Of a DNA stretch of 64,000 bases, positions 36,529 through 50,210 are shown piece after piece; the first letter of the stretch is position 1, and each line of letters starts with the position of its first letter. The notes under the pieces are model-generated. The model saw only the letters and a program-made list of their open reading frames with translations. It ran no database searches and was not told the origin of the DNA. The stretch lies in assembly GCA_024679065.1 (NCBI GenBank), contig JAGIQG010000004.1, positions 40,424,001 to 40,488,000 on the forward strand. Reading direction: 5' to 3'. This DNA comes from Sphyrna mokarran. Taxonomy: Eukaryota. The position numbers and the translations under genes are program-made.

Positions 36529-36795
36529 TACTCATATCTTTACTACAGTTTCATAGGACCTGTGTTTCCCAAATAGTCTACCCAAAGAAGGTGGTGACAC
36601 TTTGCAGCATGCATGTCCTTAAGTATTGTTTCAATTATCATTCCTCCATACTTTCCTGTTCCTCCTCCATGATTGGGGCACACAAAAGTATGTCTTTAGG
36701 AAAGACCATACCTGCTCCTGAAAAGCTATCATTCTGTACCTCTGTGTACCCATTTATGTGTGAGAGAGAAAGACCATACCTGCTCCTAAAAGCCC

Positions 36796-36930
36796 NNNNN
36801 NNNNNNNNNNNNNNNNNNNNNNNNNNNNNNNNNNNNNNNNNNNNNNNNNNNNNNNNNNNNNNNNNNNNNNNNNNNNNNNNNNNNNNNNNNNNNNNNNNNN
36901 NNNNNNNNNNNNNNNNNNNNNNNNNNNNNN
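36796..36930. other. Assembly gap (135 N)
   Basis: Run of N. Confidence 1.
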
Positions 36931-37039
36931 GGGGTGGCAGGCAAAGGGATTGGTGTGAACAATGTTGTCTGCTGATTCTACAAGCCACAGATAGGTAGAT
37001 GCAACCTGCAGGAAGACAAAATTGCTTCAAATGTCAGAT

Positions 37040-37705
37040 ACACAGGTCACTGAAAGTAGCAATGTAGGTGGAGAAGATAGTCAAGAAGGCATATGGCATG
37101 CTTTTCTTCATCAGTTGGGGTATTGAGTTTAAAAATTGGCAAGTCATTGTTGCGGCTTTATAGAACCTTAGTTAGGCTGCACTTGGAATATAATGTTCAA
37201 TTCTGGTCGCCACATTACCAGAAGGAAGAGGAGGTTTTGGAGAGGGTACAGAAAAAAATTACCAAGACGTTGCCTGGTATAGAGGACATTAGCTATCAGG
37301 AGAGATTGGAGAAACTTGGTTTGTTCTCATTGGAGTGACAGAGGTTGAGGGGAGACCTGATAGAAGTCTACAAGATTATGAGAGGAATGAACAATGTGGA
37401 TAATCAGAAGCTTTTGCCCAGGGTGGAAGAGTGAATTACTAGGGGGCATACATTTAAGTATGAGGGGCAAGGTTTAAAGGAGATGTATGAGGCAGATTTT
37501 TTACACAGAGAGTAGTGGGTGCCTGGAACTTGTTGCGGGGAAGGTCGTGGAAGCAGATACGGTAGTGACTTTTAAGGGGTGTCTTGACACGTACATGAAT
37601 AGGATGTGAATAGAAGGATATGATCCTTGGAAGGTTATAGAGTTTTAGTTAAATCAGACAGGCTTGGAGGCCTAAGGGCTGTTTCTGTGCTATAATTTTG
37701 TTCTT
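37040..37705 (+). mobile_element. CR1 LINE 3' fragment
   Basis: LYRTLVRLHLEYNVQFWSPHYQK..LERVQK..LGLFSLE, with tail GGAGGCCTAAGGGCTGTTTCTGTGCT. Confidence 0.92.
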
Positions 37706-39764
37706 TGCCATTCATTGTAACTCAAACTTTCAGATTATCTTCAGGCTTAAACCCTTCTATTTTCATCAGTTATAACTGATCATGACAGTAGCTGCACTTT
37801 GTATTGTACATTCTAATTTATCCGTAGTGCATTGGTTCAAGGAAATTCCAAGCTGTAACATCAGTGGTTCTCACATCCAATACAGCAGTTAGGTGGGAAG
37901 GGTAGGTCATAGCGATTGGGAATCTGAGAGATCAATTTTTACTTAGAACATTGGTGAGAACAGCTTCTGCCCTGATTTTGCTGTCTAGAAAGAATTCTTG
38001 CTCTAATTTTACAGCAAAAAATAGTGTGGGATTTTGGAGTCTCCAGTAAATATGCTGCTATATGTTTTTATAATTTAAACAGGCAATTAATAAACAAAAC
38101 ATTTTTCTGAAAGAACTATTCCTGCAGCTGTGTGCTAGAAAAAATTCTTTACATCACTTTAAATGGAACGATTTTAGTTTACTAAAAAGATCCTGTTGGG
38201 GGAAGATTACATGAGTGACAGTTTTACATATATTGTTTACTTAATGTAATTTTAGATTTAAATTGACTGGTGTCAAAATCGTCAAAGCACGCAATTGTAT
38301 AGGTTCACAACAAAGTTAGCTTGACCTCAAAATTCCAGCAATGTCAGAATCATCAAATCCTAAGCCATACAAACATTCTGACTTTCAGGCACACAAACAT
38401 AAGAGGATTAAGGTAAGCATCCCACCTAAAAGCCTGCAAAAACAAAGCTTAATTTCAAGACCTAAAGAAAGTATATAAAACACTAACTTGGAAATCTCAA
38501 AGAATGGTTTGGATGCTCTTAGCCAAATTGAAGTATCAAATGAAAAATACCTAAAGGTGTTTAAGCCTGAGTTACAGATAGATTACTAATTGCCATGTAA
38601 CTAATTATTGTCTTACGGTTGGAATTTGAATAACCCTTGCCTTCTGTTTCCCAAACAGAACTGAATCCATTACAGTGGATAGAACTAAGTACCCAAGGAA
38701 GAAAAATATCTTTTGATCAACTAAAAGCAAGTTCCACTTGACATAACTTCCAAATTCTTTTTTCTTCATCAAATGAAAGTTATGCTTCTGGAAGCCTCCC
38801 GGTAGATTCCACTTAATTCTAAGTAGCTACCATTAGCTATGTTATTAATACTATGTTATTAATACAGTGTGGAAACATAGTAGAAAAACTAGATGTGTGG
38901 ATAGCTAAACAATTCTTAAGGGAAATCCAGGCTTCAGAAGAGTTTAAATAGAGTGTAAATCCTTTCCTGAACTAAGATTTCCAAAAACCTTATTATGAAT
39001 GACCTATCAACTAAACAAAAGAGCTAACCAGGGAATACTAAATTCCCTGGCAAAGTAGTTCTCAACTTACAGCCACTTACTGCAACACTGATGAAGAGAA
39101 TATAAGAACATCAGAAATTGAACAGCTAGGAGCTGAGTGGAGGTTGGGAGAAGTTACATAAATTTTCCACATATACAATGGTCAGTTCAATTCTACAATT
39201 GGAATGCAGGATCGGGTACCCAGAGCAAATTATTAGAAATAGCCCAGATGAAAAAATGTAAAGTTGAAAAAATAGTTTGCAAAAATAAAGATGCACTTAG
39301 CTTGAAACACCAAGGGAAATAAATATTTTCTGTCTACTTTCACAAAATATTAACAAAGTCACAGGGATAAACAGCTTCAACACTGGCAATTTGTGAGAAT
39401 AGAATTTGGTTGGAAGCAACAAAAAAGTAGCAATCAATCACTGAATTGATAATATCCTCTCCTGATGTTTTTAAAAAAGCTAATAAAAATCATTTATAAA
39501 ACAATAAATTTTTGAGAAGGTTGTTAATGTTGTGGTATATACAATCAGGGCACTTTGTGACCTTTATTATCACTGACAATTCAGGGATGATTGGTAGGCC
39601 CTGCTGGTGCTTGTGAAACAGGAGAAAAATCTCAGACTGTGTCCATCAAGTGAGTCAACCTTGTCATGCGTTGGTGTTATGGCAGTCTGGGATAGCATCT
39701 GTAATTGGATATAATTGTCCTATTTCCTTTATACTCTTGGGTTGCCTTCTTTTCCTATGGACAA

Positions 39765-41625
39765 AGCAGGAGTGGGCCATTTGGCATTTTGAGCCTGCTC
39801 TGTCATTTATTATGACAGATACAGCTCATCATCAAATTCAATATGCTGATCTGCCTCCCCCATATTCTTTGGTCCCCTTAGTCCCAAGAGCTGTATCTGA
39901 TTCCTCTTGAAATCAGACAACATTTTGGCCTCAACAACTTTATGTGATAGTGAATTCCACAGACTCTCAACTCTCTGGGTGAAGAAATGTTGCTTCAATT
40001 CAGTCCTAAAAGATTTACCTTTTATCCTAAAACTAATTCTGAACTCCCCCATCATCAGGAACATTCTTTCTGAATCAACTCTGTTCAATCCTGTTAGAAT
40101 TTTACAAGTTTCTATGAATCCCCACTCACTCTTCTAAGCTCCAATGAATATAATCATAACTGACCTAGTGTCTCCTCATATGACAGATCTACCATCTCAG
40201 GAATCAGCTGGTTAATCTTTGTTGCACTTCCTCTATGGTAAGAATATCCTTCGTCAGATAAAGACACCAAAACTGCATACAATACTCCAAGTATAATCTC
40301 ACCAACACCTGATATAACTGTAGTAAAAATCCCTACTCCTATACTCAAATCCTCATGTTATGAAGGCGCCAATGTACCATTTGCGTTCTTTACACCTGCT
40401 GTACCAGCATGCTTACTTTCATGCATGATGACACCAAGGTATCATTGGTATCCACCTCTCTCAATATACAATCATTTGAATGATAATTTGCCTTCCTATT
40501 TTTGCTATCAAAGTGGATAACCTCACATTTATATACATCACATTGGGCAAATGCATGGCAGAAGCAATCATTCAGCATGTCTAACTCACACTGAAGCATC
40601 TCTGCATCCTCCTTACAGCTGACTCTACACCCAACCTTGTGTCATCTGCAAACATGGAGACAATACACTAGTTGCTATCTGCCAATTGGAAAAAGCCCCA
40701 TTTATTCCAACTCTCCGCTTCCTGTCTGCTAACCAGCTTCCAGTCCATCTCTGGACATTACTTACAATCCGTTGCACTTTAATTTTACATAATATTTAAT
40801 TTTACATGGTCTGCTATGTGAGACCTTGTCAAAAGACTTCTGAAAATCTAAATAAATCATATCTACCGGTTCTCCCTGGTCAATTCTAATAGACATCCTC
40901 AAAGGATTCCAATAGATTTTTTAAACATGAATTCCCTTTTGGAAATCCATGCTGAGTTTGTCTGATTATATCATTGCTTTCCAATGCTGTGCTATAAAAT
41001 CCTTGATAATGGACTCTGGCAACTTCCCTACTACCGATGTTAGGCTCAGTTTTCTCTTTGAATAGCAGGTTTCCCACCCTCCAATCTGTAGGAACCATTC
41101 CAGAGTCTAAAAAATTTTGGAAAATGACCACTAATGGATCTATTATTTCTAGATCCATTCCCTGAACTATTCTGGGATAAAGATTATCAGCCCCTGGTGA
41201 TTTATCCGCCTTCAATCCCATTAATTTCCAAAAATGCATTCTGGTTTCTTTCAGATCCTCACTAAAACTCGTCTTTCTCAGAATTTCCAGAACATTATCC
41301 ATGTCTTGCTTTGTGAAGACAGAGGGAAAGTATAAATTTAATTCCTCAGCCATTTCCAGTGAAAACAATCCTAAACTAGTCAATCTCACCTTATACATCA
41401 GTCCTGTCATCCCTGGAATCAACCTGGTAAACCTTCGCTGCATTTCCTCGAGAGCAAGAACATTCTTTCACAGAAAAGGAGAGCAAACTTGCACACAATA
41501 CTCTAGATATTGCCTCAGCAAGGCCCTGTATAATTGCAACAACACATCCCTTTCCTGTACTCGAAACTTCTCACAATGAAGGCCAACATACCTTTTGGCT
41601 TCTTTACTGTGTGCTGCACCTGCAG
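39765..41625 (-). mobile_element. Old CR1 LINE fragments (two pieces joined at ~41350)
   Basis: FFTQRVESLWNSL, KSPGADNLYPRI..DSGMVPTDWRV, QHGFPKGNSCLKNLL and QRRFTRLIPGM, plus the CR1 3'UTR at 39765. Confidence 0.88.
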
Positions 41626-41644
41626 GTCAATGCCACTTTAGAAG

Positions 41645-41790
41645 CCAGACGTTCAATTTAATATCTCATCCAAAAATTAAACAATGTAGTAATCCTTTAG
41701 TCACAGTCAAGTGTCAGCCTTGATTTTTGTGCTCAAATCCTAAGATAGAACTTGAACCCCCCACTTTCTGAGGGAAGAATGCTATCAACC
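41645..41790 (-). mobile_element. Deu-SINE 5' fragment
   Basis: Minus strand GGTTCAAGTTCTA..TTGAGCACAAAAATCAAGGCTGACACT..GGATGAGATATTAAA. Confidence 0.6.
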
Positions 41791-43774
41791 AACACTTATT
41801 TCTAAATTTCATTCTTAGTTTGAATTTATAGCCTAGGGGGTGAGCACAGCTCTTGTTAGTAAGTGTTCATTAATGCCTTTGGTCAACCTCTAATGAATCC
41901 ACATAGCTACATGTTGAACACTCAACTTGTATGCTTTTGTTACAGGTGGTTAGAGGTTAGCTAATGCAAAATTGTTAAACAGTTCTCTATATAGTGTTTC
42001 TCATTCATAGATGGCTGTTTCTTTTCAGGCATCTACTCTGATCCACTTTTTTCTCCTTGTCTGAAGTTTCAGCTCTATTTTGAAACTTTTATTTGTCTTT
42101 AAGCTAGCCTTCACCACATATGTAGAATCTGGGACCTATTCTCCATAAGAGTGCAATCTACTGATCTTGCATTTTTTTAAAAAATGTTTGTCCGTATTTT
42201 TTTTTCACTCTTTTGACATAAGACATACACTTCCCTTTGTCTGCTTTTTGTTCATTCCTGCTTTTCAAATCTGTCCATATCATATATGTGGGATCAAGAA
42301 TGACCTTGCATACGTCTACACATGTGCACTCTGCTCACTGGGGCAGCATCCAGACAGCAACATATATCTACGCTGAATAAGGTTTCAGATGATGACAAAT
42401 ACACAATATAAAACAAATTAAGAGAATTGAAGAAGTAAAACAGCAAATTTTGAAACAGATGCAATATCACAAATAGGCAACACTGGTGAGAACTGAACAC
42501 AACAGAGAAAAAGGCACATTTGATTTTTACGCATTGAGCAATGCCACAGGCGATTAACTCATGGGAATTTGATTCTAGATTATAGAGAATGTAAGTCAGA
42601 AATTCCTTGCTTGAATTTCTTCTGACTGTTTAAACAGCCATTTTTTTTTCATCTTTCCACTGGCCCCTTTATTGTTTTTTTGAGGCATGGGGCTGCTGAG
42701 CATGGATCAGGATAAATGTCTAAGATCAAGATATAGCAATCTAATATAAAAACCTGGGGTTAATGGAAAATCCAGCAAAGAGAAAGAAAAGTAAGAGTTA
42801 ATATGCAGTGAAAATAAGATGGAAGTTCAGTGATGGAGAAGAAGGGACTGAACGAGGACGAGTTGCATGTCGAGCACACAAAGGGCAAAGCTCAGAAGAA
42901 CCACATTGCAAGGTGAGAAAGAAGCTTAACATTTTTTTTCTATTCCTTAACCTAAGGATTGACAATGCTAGCACTCAGCAACCATCCATGAAATTAATTC
43001 AAATATATTTCTAGGTGATGGGCAGTGATTTAGATGACTGGCTTATTCCAGTTCAATTCCAAAGCAAAATTGTGCCTCCAGCTCATGATATGAGAATTTT
43101 GTATTAAATGTCAGTCGCATGTTATTTATTTATTTACTGACACACAAAAAATCAAGTAGTTTGCCTGGAAGAGATTCACTAAGCAACCAGTAACTATGTT
43201 AACTGAACTCATGGATTACAAAATTTGGTCAACTATTGTTGACATAGGTTTTGAAAATGATTGAGTTTTGGTATTTATCAATGAAATGCAGAATCCTTAT
43301 TGCAACTTCTTACTTCATCACTGCAAGTCAGATTACTTTCAAAAGATCACTGATACACTTTTAAAACTGATGAACTGTGGCTGGTGTCTGAATCACCTTT
43401 GTGCCTGAATCACCTTTGTGCCTGAATGGTTTTAGCAGCCAATATTGAAGGTAAACAATAATTTACAAATAAGATTGTCGAGTGCTTAAATTAAAAGGTG
43501 AAGCATTTGGAATTAAGCTGGGCTGACATTAACATAGGAATAAATATTTGGAAAATAAAGTTGAATAATAGAATTAATCATAGGTGTTGTAAAGTGAGAA
43601 ATATGACTAATTACATATAAATCCAATAAAATGTGAAAACTATATGACACAAATTAAACAGTCTGGTGCTCCATTATTTGCGAACAATATCATTTGGTTG
43701 CATCAAGTGTCTGCAATTTCCAGGAGGTTCTTGGCTGCCTTACATTAGGAAACATCTCAATTTACCTCTTCAAA

Positions 43775-44056
43775 TCATAAGATCACTATAGCACAGAAAG
43801 AGGCCATTTGGCCCATTGAGTGTGCACCCACCCAAGATCTATCCTGGTAACCCAATGTATTTACTCCACTCATCCCCCTGAGGGACAATTTAGCATGGCC
43901 AATTCATCTAACCTGCACATCTTTGGAATTTGGGAGGAAACCAGAGCATCCAGAGGAAACCCACACAGACATGAAGAGAATGTGCAAACTCCACACAGTC
44001 TCCCAAGGCTATGGGAGCCTTGTGCTATTAGACAGCAGTGCTAACCACTGTTCCAC
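43775..44056 (-). mobile_element. V-SINE with CR1-type tail
   Basis: Reverse complement of the V-domain (GGAAACCCACACAGACATGAAGAGAATGTGCAAACTCCACACAG), with head at ~44050. Confidence 0.9.
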
Positions 44057-44699
44057 GTACAGGGCAAATTTTTGAAAGGGACAGAGCAAGGAATGGGATT
44101 CTCTTGATCCAAGTGCTCCACATTTTCAAATCTAATAGAACTCAATGTTTGTGTGACAGCTTATAAACAGATGCAATAGCACAAACATGCAACATTTGTG
44201 AGAACAGAACACAACAGAGAAAGAGGCACATTTGATTTTTATGCATTCATCAATGCCACAAGAGATGAGAATAGGCAGAGAGGCATATATAGGCATTACT
44301 TATGGGTCCAGATGCCATGTAAGTGACTTCACACAGAAAGAATTCCAATGTTGTTTTTCCAAATATCTAACTGTGAATTGCTCACCATGTCCAGGAAGAA
44401 AATAGGATGATTGACAAGATTTGGGTGGGAAAGACCTGAGCTATATTAACACTCAGTTCCCCATATACATATATGTGTAGGAAGGAGCCACAGTACTCCC
44501 TGACCCTTCAAAATGAGATACTCTCTCTTTGATCCCACAAACTCTAGGATAGGGTTCTAGTACTGGAGAACACCATCAAGCATCATTTCAGTATAACCAT
44601 CTGGAATGTGACTTAAGGAATTTCAGAGTTGCTGCAACATGGTCAGCAGAGTTTCTGCACATATCATACTAATGCTTTTTCTGAAACCTTCCTGATCCA

Positions 44700-44900
44700 A
44701 AGATATGAAGACTAGGTGCATTGATCATGTTAAATTGCCCCTTAGTGTCTCAGGATGCACAGGTTAGAAAGATCAGCAGGGTAAATATATGGGTTACGGG
44801 GATAAGGCCTGGGTGGGATTGTTGTTGGTGCAGAATTGACAGGCTGAATGGCCTCTTTCTGCACTGCAGGGATCTAATGTTTCTATTTTATGATTCTATC
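44700..44900 (+). mobile_element. V-SINE 3' half
   Basis: TAAATTGCCCCTTAGTGTC...GGCTGAATGGCCTCTTTCTGCACTG, as in the 35593 copy. Confidence 0.8.
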
Positions 44901-44972
44901 AGAATTGCTGTCGAGGTCTAGTACTGATGTAATAATTATATAAAAAAATTCAGTGAATCCTAAAATATTTAC

Positions 44973-45055
44973 CTCATTTCACTTCTCAGCAATTGTTTGT
45001 CACGGTTCAGGTGCCACCATGTGTCATGCATTTTCAGTTCTGTTTTGTGGCTTTC
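44973..45055 (-). other. Candidate 83-nt spliced exon of an unidentified transcript
   Basis: Minus strand: branch-like CTTAAT, then TTTCTTTGATTTTCTGCAG|GAAAGC...AAATGAG|GTAAAT. One frame is open (ESHKTELKMHDTWWHLNRDKQLLRSEM), but I do not recognise the peptide. Confidence 0.4.
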
Positions 45056-46789
45056 CTGCAGAAAATCAAAGAAATGCATTAAGTTCAATCCCCCCTTTAT
45101 TCAAATAGATTTGAACACTTTTTCTCTTAAAAAAAAGAACAAAGTCCTTTTTATCCTTTGCTAATTCGTTCCCTTCTCCTCCTCTCCTGAAAGTACAAAT
45201 GTCCTGCTGGGATGCCGTTCCCTTACTGTAAATTTATTCATGGGAGAGCCTCAATCGTGAGTGTTAGCCGGCTATTTTACCACAGGGACCTTCACAACTA
45301 AATCTAATCCTGTTTTCATCTGACACATGCACTTACAACAAGGTTAGCTAAGATAGTGATCAGATAAGGTTCACTAAATCTCCCCCCCCATTATAAATAC
45401 CTAATTGTGAAAAGATTGATTCAAACATGTGTGATATTCTAATTATGTGTGCACATCTCCACTAAAATAAAATTTATTTTCATATTCACTTTGTAATCAT
45501 TCTAAATTAAGCAAAATATTTAACAGTAAACTTGCAATATAATACTTCCAGTATCTGGATCTCAATAACATAGTATATTTCAATAAAATCTTTCTTTAAC
45601 AAAATACAGCATAACATCCCAGCAAAGATGTTAACAATTTTTCTACACAACACATAGACAATAGTTTTTGATATCACTTTCTGTTATTTGCATATTAGTG
45701 AAAATTGTTCGATTAAAAATCAAATCAACCATCCTTTGAAAATAATATTAAAAACAATATAACTGCAAAATAAGTATTAAAGGGTCATGGTAACTTACAT
45801 CTTAAAAGAATAAACTATTTTTGAAATGTCAAGTAACATTAAAGCAGATTCTATAAATAGTTTTAAAAGGATATTCCTTGAGAAAAAGGATATATTTGTA
45901 CATTTGGAAAGTGAGCAGGGAAATAGTACTGGATGAGATGGCTCATGTGGAGAAAAAAATACTGAGGCAGAGATTCAGGTGATCAGTTTCTGTTTTTCAA
46001 TATCCTAAAATTGCATACCCCTCCTTCTATGAATTTTTAAACTACTATCTTCAAAAATGAATGCTGTACTCATCACCCTGAGAAAGTTCTGGACAGTAAC
46101 AAGTTTATTCCTTTTTTGTGCCCAGCAAACAAGAGCAACATTCAGTGGTGAGTTATATCCCAAGTTCAAAGCAGAATAAAACTGTCTGCATGCTGAATCA
46201 TAAATGATGCTTAATTACAACTTCAAAAGACCAACTCCTTAATGTACTAACATGACATTTCTAATTTCCACACTAGCCAATCTACTGTAAATTGTTAACT
46301 TATTTTGATGTGTGGATACATTTTACAATGGAATCATGCACACCAATAACTTGATGCCAACAATGCAATATATTTAAATTTTTTTGGAACAAGTTACATT
46401 TGCAAAGGATGCCATGGGTTTTTTTCATTGCAAAACTACATATATGTCTTAATTAATTTTGGGAATTTCTTCCTCTCAACTGCTGACTCCAGGACCACCA
46501 TTTCAAATATCCACACTCAACTGACAAATGTCTCAGAGCAGACAATGCCTGCCCCCATGGGTAAGTAATGCCTCTCTGGAGATCTGCCGCCAGGCGGTCC
46601 AGGAAGTAATATTCCCCACTTACGGCATCAGGGGATCCTCCTGGCTGAAAAGAAGGCCTGAACTGAAATTGTAGTGAAGGTTAGCAGTCAAGTATATATT
46701 TGGGTCGAATGAATGAGAAGGATCAACCATCTACTCTGCATCAGTAGTGTAAATAGACAATGGTCATCATAGGAAAAACAGAAATGTCT

Positions 46790-47130
46790 TTTCAGCATCA
46801 GGACAGAACAAATAGAATGTAGTGTAAAGCACAGCAGCTGCCACATCATGAGACCAAGATGCATATGGACCAAAATGTACAAGCTGATGCTTTCATCACA
46901 TTACAAGACCCTGAAAGGAGAAGCATGAATTGGTGACGTGGTAAGCTTCATCACTTATAACATCTAATAAGGGAATTAGATGTCCATTGAGCTGTGACTG
47001 TTCATCCTTTCTATTTGCAGGAGAAAATGGCACATAACTTCAAAGAGCTTGCCAAGAGGTGGTGTGCCCGATGAAAGGGATGTTCACACACTCACAGTGG
47101 AAGTGGCAGTGAACTGGTCAGAGAGCAGAG
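46790..47130 (+). mobile_element. Harbinger Myb/SANT-like ORF remnant with intron-like acceptor
   Basis: TTTCTATTTGCAG|GAGAAAATGGCACATAAC gives EKMAHN.KE..K.GGVPD, resembling the (EK.AHN..E..KTGGG.P) segment of Harbinger Myb/SANT proteins. Confidence 0.45.
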
Positions 47131-48389
47131 TGGCCAGACAATACAGATGGTGAAGTAGGAGTGCGGAGAGAATGAGGTGGTTTAGAGCTTGCTGTCAACC
47201 ACTAGACAGAATGGAGACACGCATCAAACAGAAGAGAGATCATGACTAATGTAAATAATGCTCCATTGGCAGGGCAATTACTTTCATGGTAAATGGAAAT
47301 CCTATATTGGTGAAGGAAAAGGATTGACATTTCAGCGATTGGGTGGTACAGATGGAATGTCTTTGTTCATTGGTGAGTTGACATCAGGTGATATGAGTCA
47401 ATCATGTAGAATGACTGGGATTTTCAAAGGAATCATGCTTTCCGAAATCTGTTCGGAACGAGCATCTCACCTTGGCGTTTAATGTTGAAATCCTAACATG
47501 CAGACCTTCTGCTCTGATGCATCTTTTCCTTCATCCTCACCTGATGCAAGGTGTAGCTGCTCTATGCCTGTGGCTGGCAAGTCCTTGCCCTTCTGTTACA
47601 CAAGGTTGTGTAGGGTGCAGCAGAAGACTATAATGCAGGTACATATCCTCACCTGCCACTATCATTGCCTCTCAATCAATTGCAAGTAGTTGAAACATCA
47701 TTTATGATTCACGGTGGATTCCAGGATGCGCCATTTCTCCTAGTCACATTACTCCCAGCTGTCTCCATCCTGACCAATCTCACTGTCTGATGCCACTCTT
47801 ACTGCTATTCTGCCCACTGATGACAAGACCCTATGCCATCCTTCCTGTATGTCATTTCTCCTCCACCTAATGTTTGAGGAACACAGTGATGAGATCCATT
47901 TTGCCTCATGGAATTGAACAGAGGGCAGAAACCAAGCCTGTGTCCCCTCCACTGCTGATCTGGTTTTCTAGTAAAACCTTGTGGCTGTGGTCAAATAATA
48001 CTGACCCTGTCCTTATTTGACCATATTCTGGGTCTTGCTGAGGGACCTTTGACCTCAACTAGATGTTCCTTCATCTTCTCTCCATCGACCTCCACCTGTC
48101 CCATGACGCTTCTCGGCCTCTTTGATTCTCTACTATCAAGCTCTGCCAGTATTGACAGACAGTTTCAACAGGCACACGCTTCACTTTGAAGACTGTCTTG
48201 TCTGCTCCAAGCCAGCTATAACCCCCAATTGTGAAAGTAAACGCCTATGTTTCCTGCACATCTTCACCTCTGATTACCATTCTGAGGAAGTTATGGCCCT
48301 CCCAAAATGAAATAATCTACCCAAACAATGTGCACAATTATCCAGTATGTCCTATCCACAGAAAGCAGAGCAAATCAAATTGGTCAATT

Positions 48390-49590
48390 TTCTCTACTTG
48401 CCTGGATGAATGCAGCTCCAATGACACTCAACAAGCTCTCCCTCAATGTCAACAAAACGAAGGAGATTGTCATTGACTTCAGGAAGCATAAAGGAGAACA
48501 TGCCCCTGTCTACATAAATGGCGGCGAAGTAGAAAGGGTTGAGAGCTTCACGTTTTTAGGTGTCCAGATCATCAACAACCTGTCCTGGTCCTCCCATCAC
48601 TATAGGTAAGAAATCCCATCAGTGCTTCTGCTTTCTCAGAAGATTAAGGAAATTTGGCATGTCAGCTACGACTGTCACCAAGTTTCTCAGATGCACCATA
48701 AAAAGCATCCTTTCTGGTTGTACCACAACTAGGTACGGCTTCTCCTCTGCCCAAGACCGCGATGAATTACAAAAGATCATGAAGGTAGCCCAACTCATCA
48801 TGCAAACCAGCCTCCCATCCATTGACTGTTTACACTTCCCATTGCCTCAGCAAAGCAGACAGCATAATTAAGGACTCCATGCACCCGAACATTCTCTCTT
48901 CATCGGGAAAAAGATACACAAGTCTGAGGTCACATGCCAACCAATTCAAGAACAGCTTTTTTCTTGTTGTTATCAGACTTTTGAATGGACTTACCTTGCA
49001 TTAAGTTGATCTTTCTCTACACCCTAGTTATGACTGTAACACTACATTCTGCACTCTCTCTTTTCCTTCTCTATACTTTGGCTGTGTAGCATGCAAGAAA
49101 CAATACTTTTCACTGTATGCTAATACATATGACAATAATAAATCAAGGACAAAACTGCCCACTTGATTGATACCCCATCCAGCATCTTAAACATTCACTT
49201 TCTTCAACACCTGCATAATGGCAATAGTGCATATCTTTCTATAAGACACACTGTTGCAACTCGTCAAGTCTCCCTCAATGTCACTGTCCATATCTGTGAC
49301 CACTATCATCTAGAAGCACAAGGCAGGACATACATGGGAATACAACCACTTGCAAGTTCTCCTCCAGATCACACATTATCCTGTCTTGGAACTAAATCAC
49401 TGTTCCTTCATTATTGCTAGGTTAAAATTTTGGTCCTCCCGCCCTCCCTAACAACACTATGGATGTACCTACACTATGTGGACTGTAGACTTTCATGAAA
49501 GCAGCTCATTACCCTATTTTGCAAGACTGGTTAGAGTTGGGCAATAAGTGCTGATCAATCCAGCAATGCTCACATCCCAAGAATGAATTA
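48390..49590 (+). mobile_element. Old CR1-group LINE 3' end hosting the Rex-Babar insertion
   Basis: AWMNAAPMTLNKL (left) continues as DKTAHLIDTPSS (right). Tail GCAGCTCATTACC..GGCAATAAGTGCTG..CACATCCCAAGAATGAAT. Confidence 0.7.
48437..49146 (+). mobile_element. Rex-Babar (Rex1-like) LINE 3' fragment
   Basis: LSLNVNKTKEIVIDFRK..VERVESFTFLGV, FLRRLRKFGMS..RCTIKSILSGC (DUF1891-type) and SGKRY.SLR...FKNSFF..IRLLN. Tail CTTTTCACTGTATGCTAATACATATGACAATAATAAATCAA. Confidence 0.88.
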
Positions 49591-50210
49591 AAAGCATGTT
49601 AAGCCATGTACTGCATAATTAGAATAATCAGTTTAGGTATTATGAGATTTGAATGAATTCTTGGGAATTCAATTCTGCAACTGTTGATTATTCTGTGTCA
49701 ACTGTAAAATCATGGGTTTAAATCTTCCAGCCTCTGGATCATTGCAGATGAGAAGACAACAATGGCAGAATGGGATCGCAGATTTTTATGACTACTGATA
49801 TGTAGGATATGATTGTGATGACAGCTACCCTGTAAGAATTGTGAAACGTTCTTAAAAGACTGATCCAAGGGTGATGACTTTGGGTCAAGAAAAGTTCACT
49901 CTCCCAAAAAGGAAGAAAGTAGATAGCAATTGCTCAGGAATCTTCTACTTCCTTGTAGCACACTGGAGAAAAGCCTAAGAAGATGAAGTATCTTCAATCC
50001 AATGAAAAAGTGCACAGCTATATCAGTTATTACTGCATTGATGAGAAGAAGAATTACATAATTCCTGTAGACATTGCAGGAAATTAAGGAAATATGTGTT
50101 CTTGACAATATTTTGTGAACTACTTTTACTTACTGTAGGTAGTGATAACATTGCCATATGTGCTTCAATATGAGGCTGCTCCGCTATAGGTAAAGGATAT
50201 CAACATAAGA

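Noticed and set aside
36591-37030. ORFs spanning the N-run
   Set aside because: They are open only because of ambiguous bases.
43388-43427. CRISPR-like or functional repeat (17-bp unit, about 2.3 copies; also the 14-bp doublet at ~38838)
   Set aside because: Simple slippage duplications without spacers, in a eukaryotic context.
48560-48871. ALKBH8-like/DUF1891 host gene
   Set aside because: The motif belongs to Rex-Babar LINE ORF2, and here it is flanked by LINE sequence and tail.
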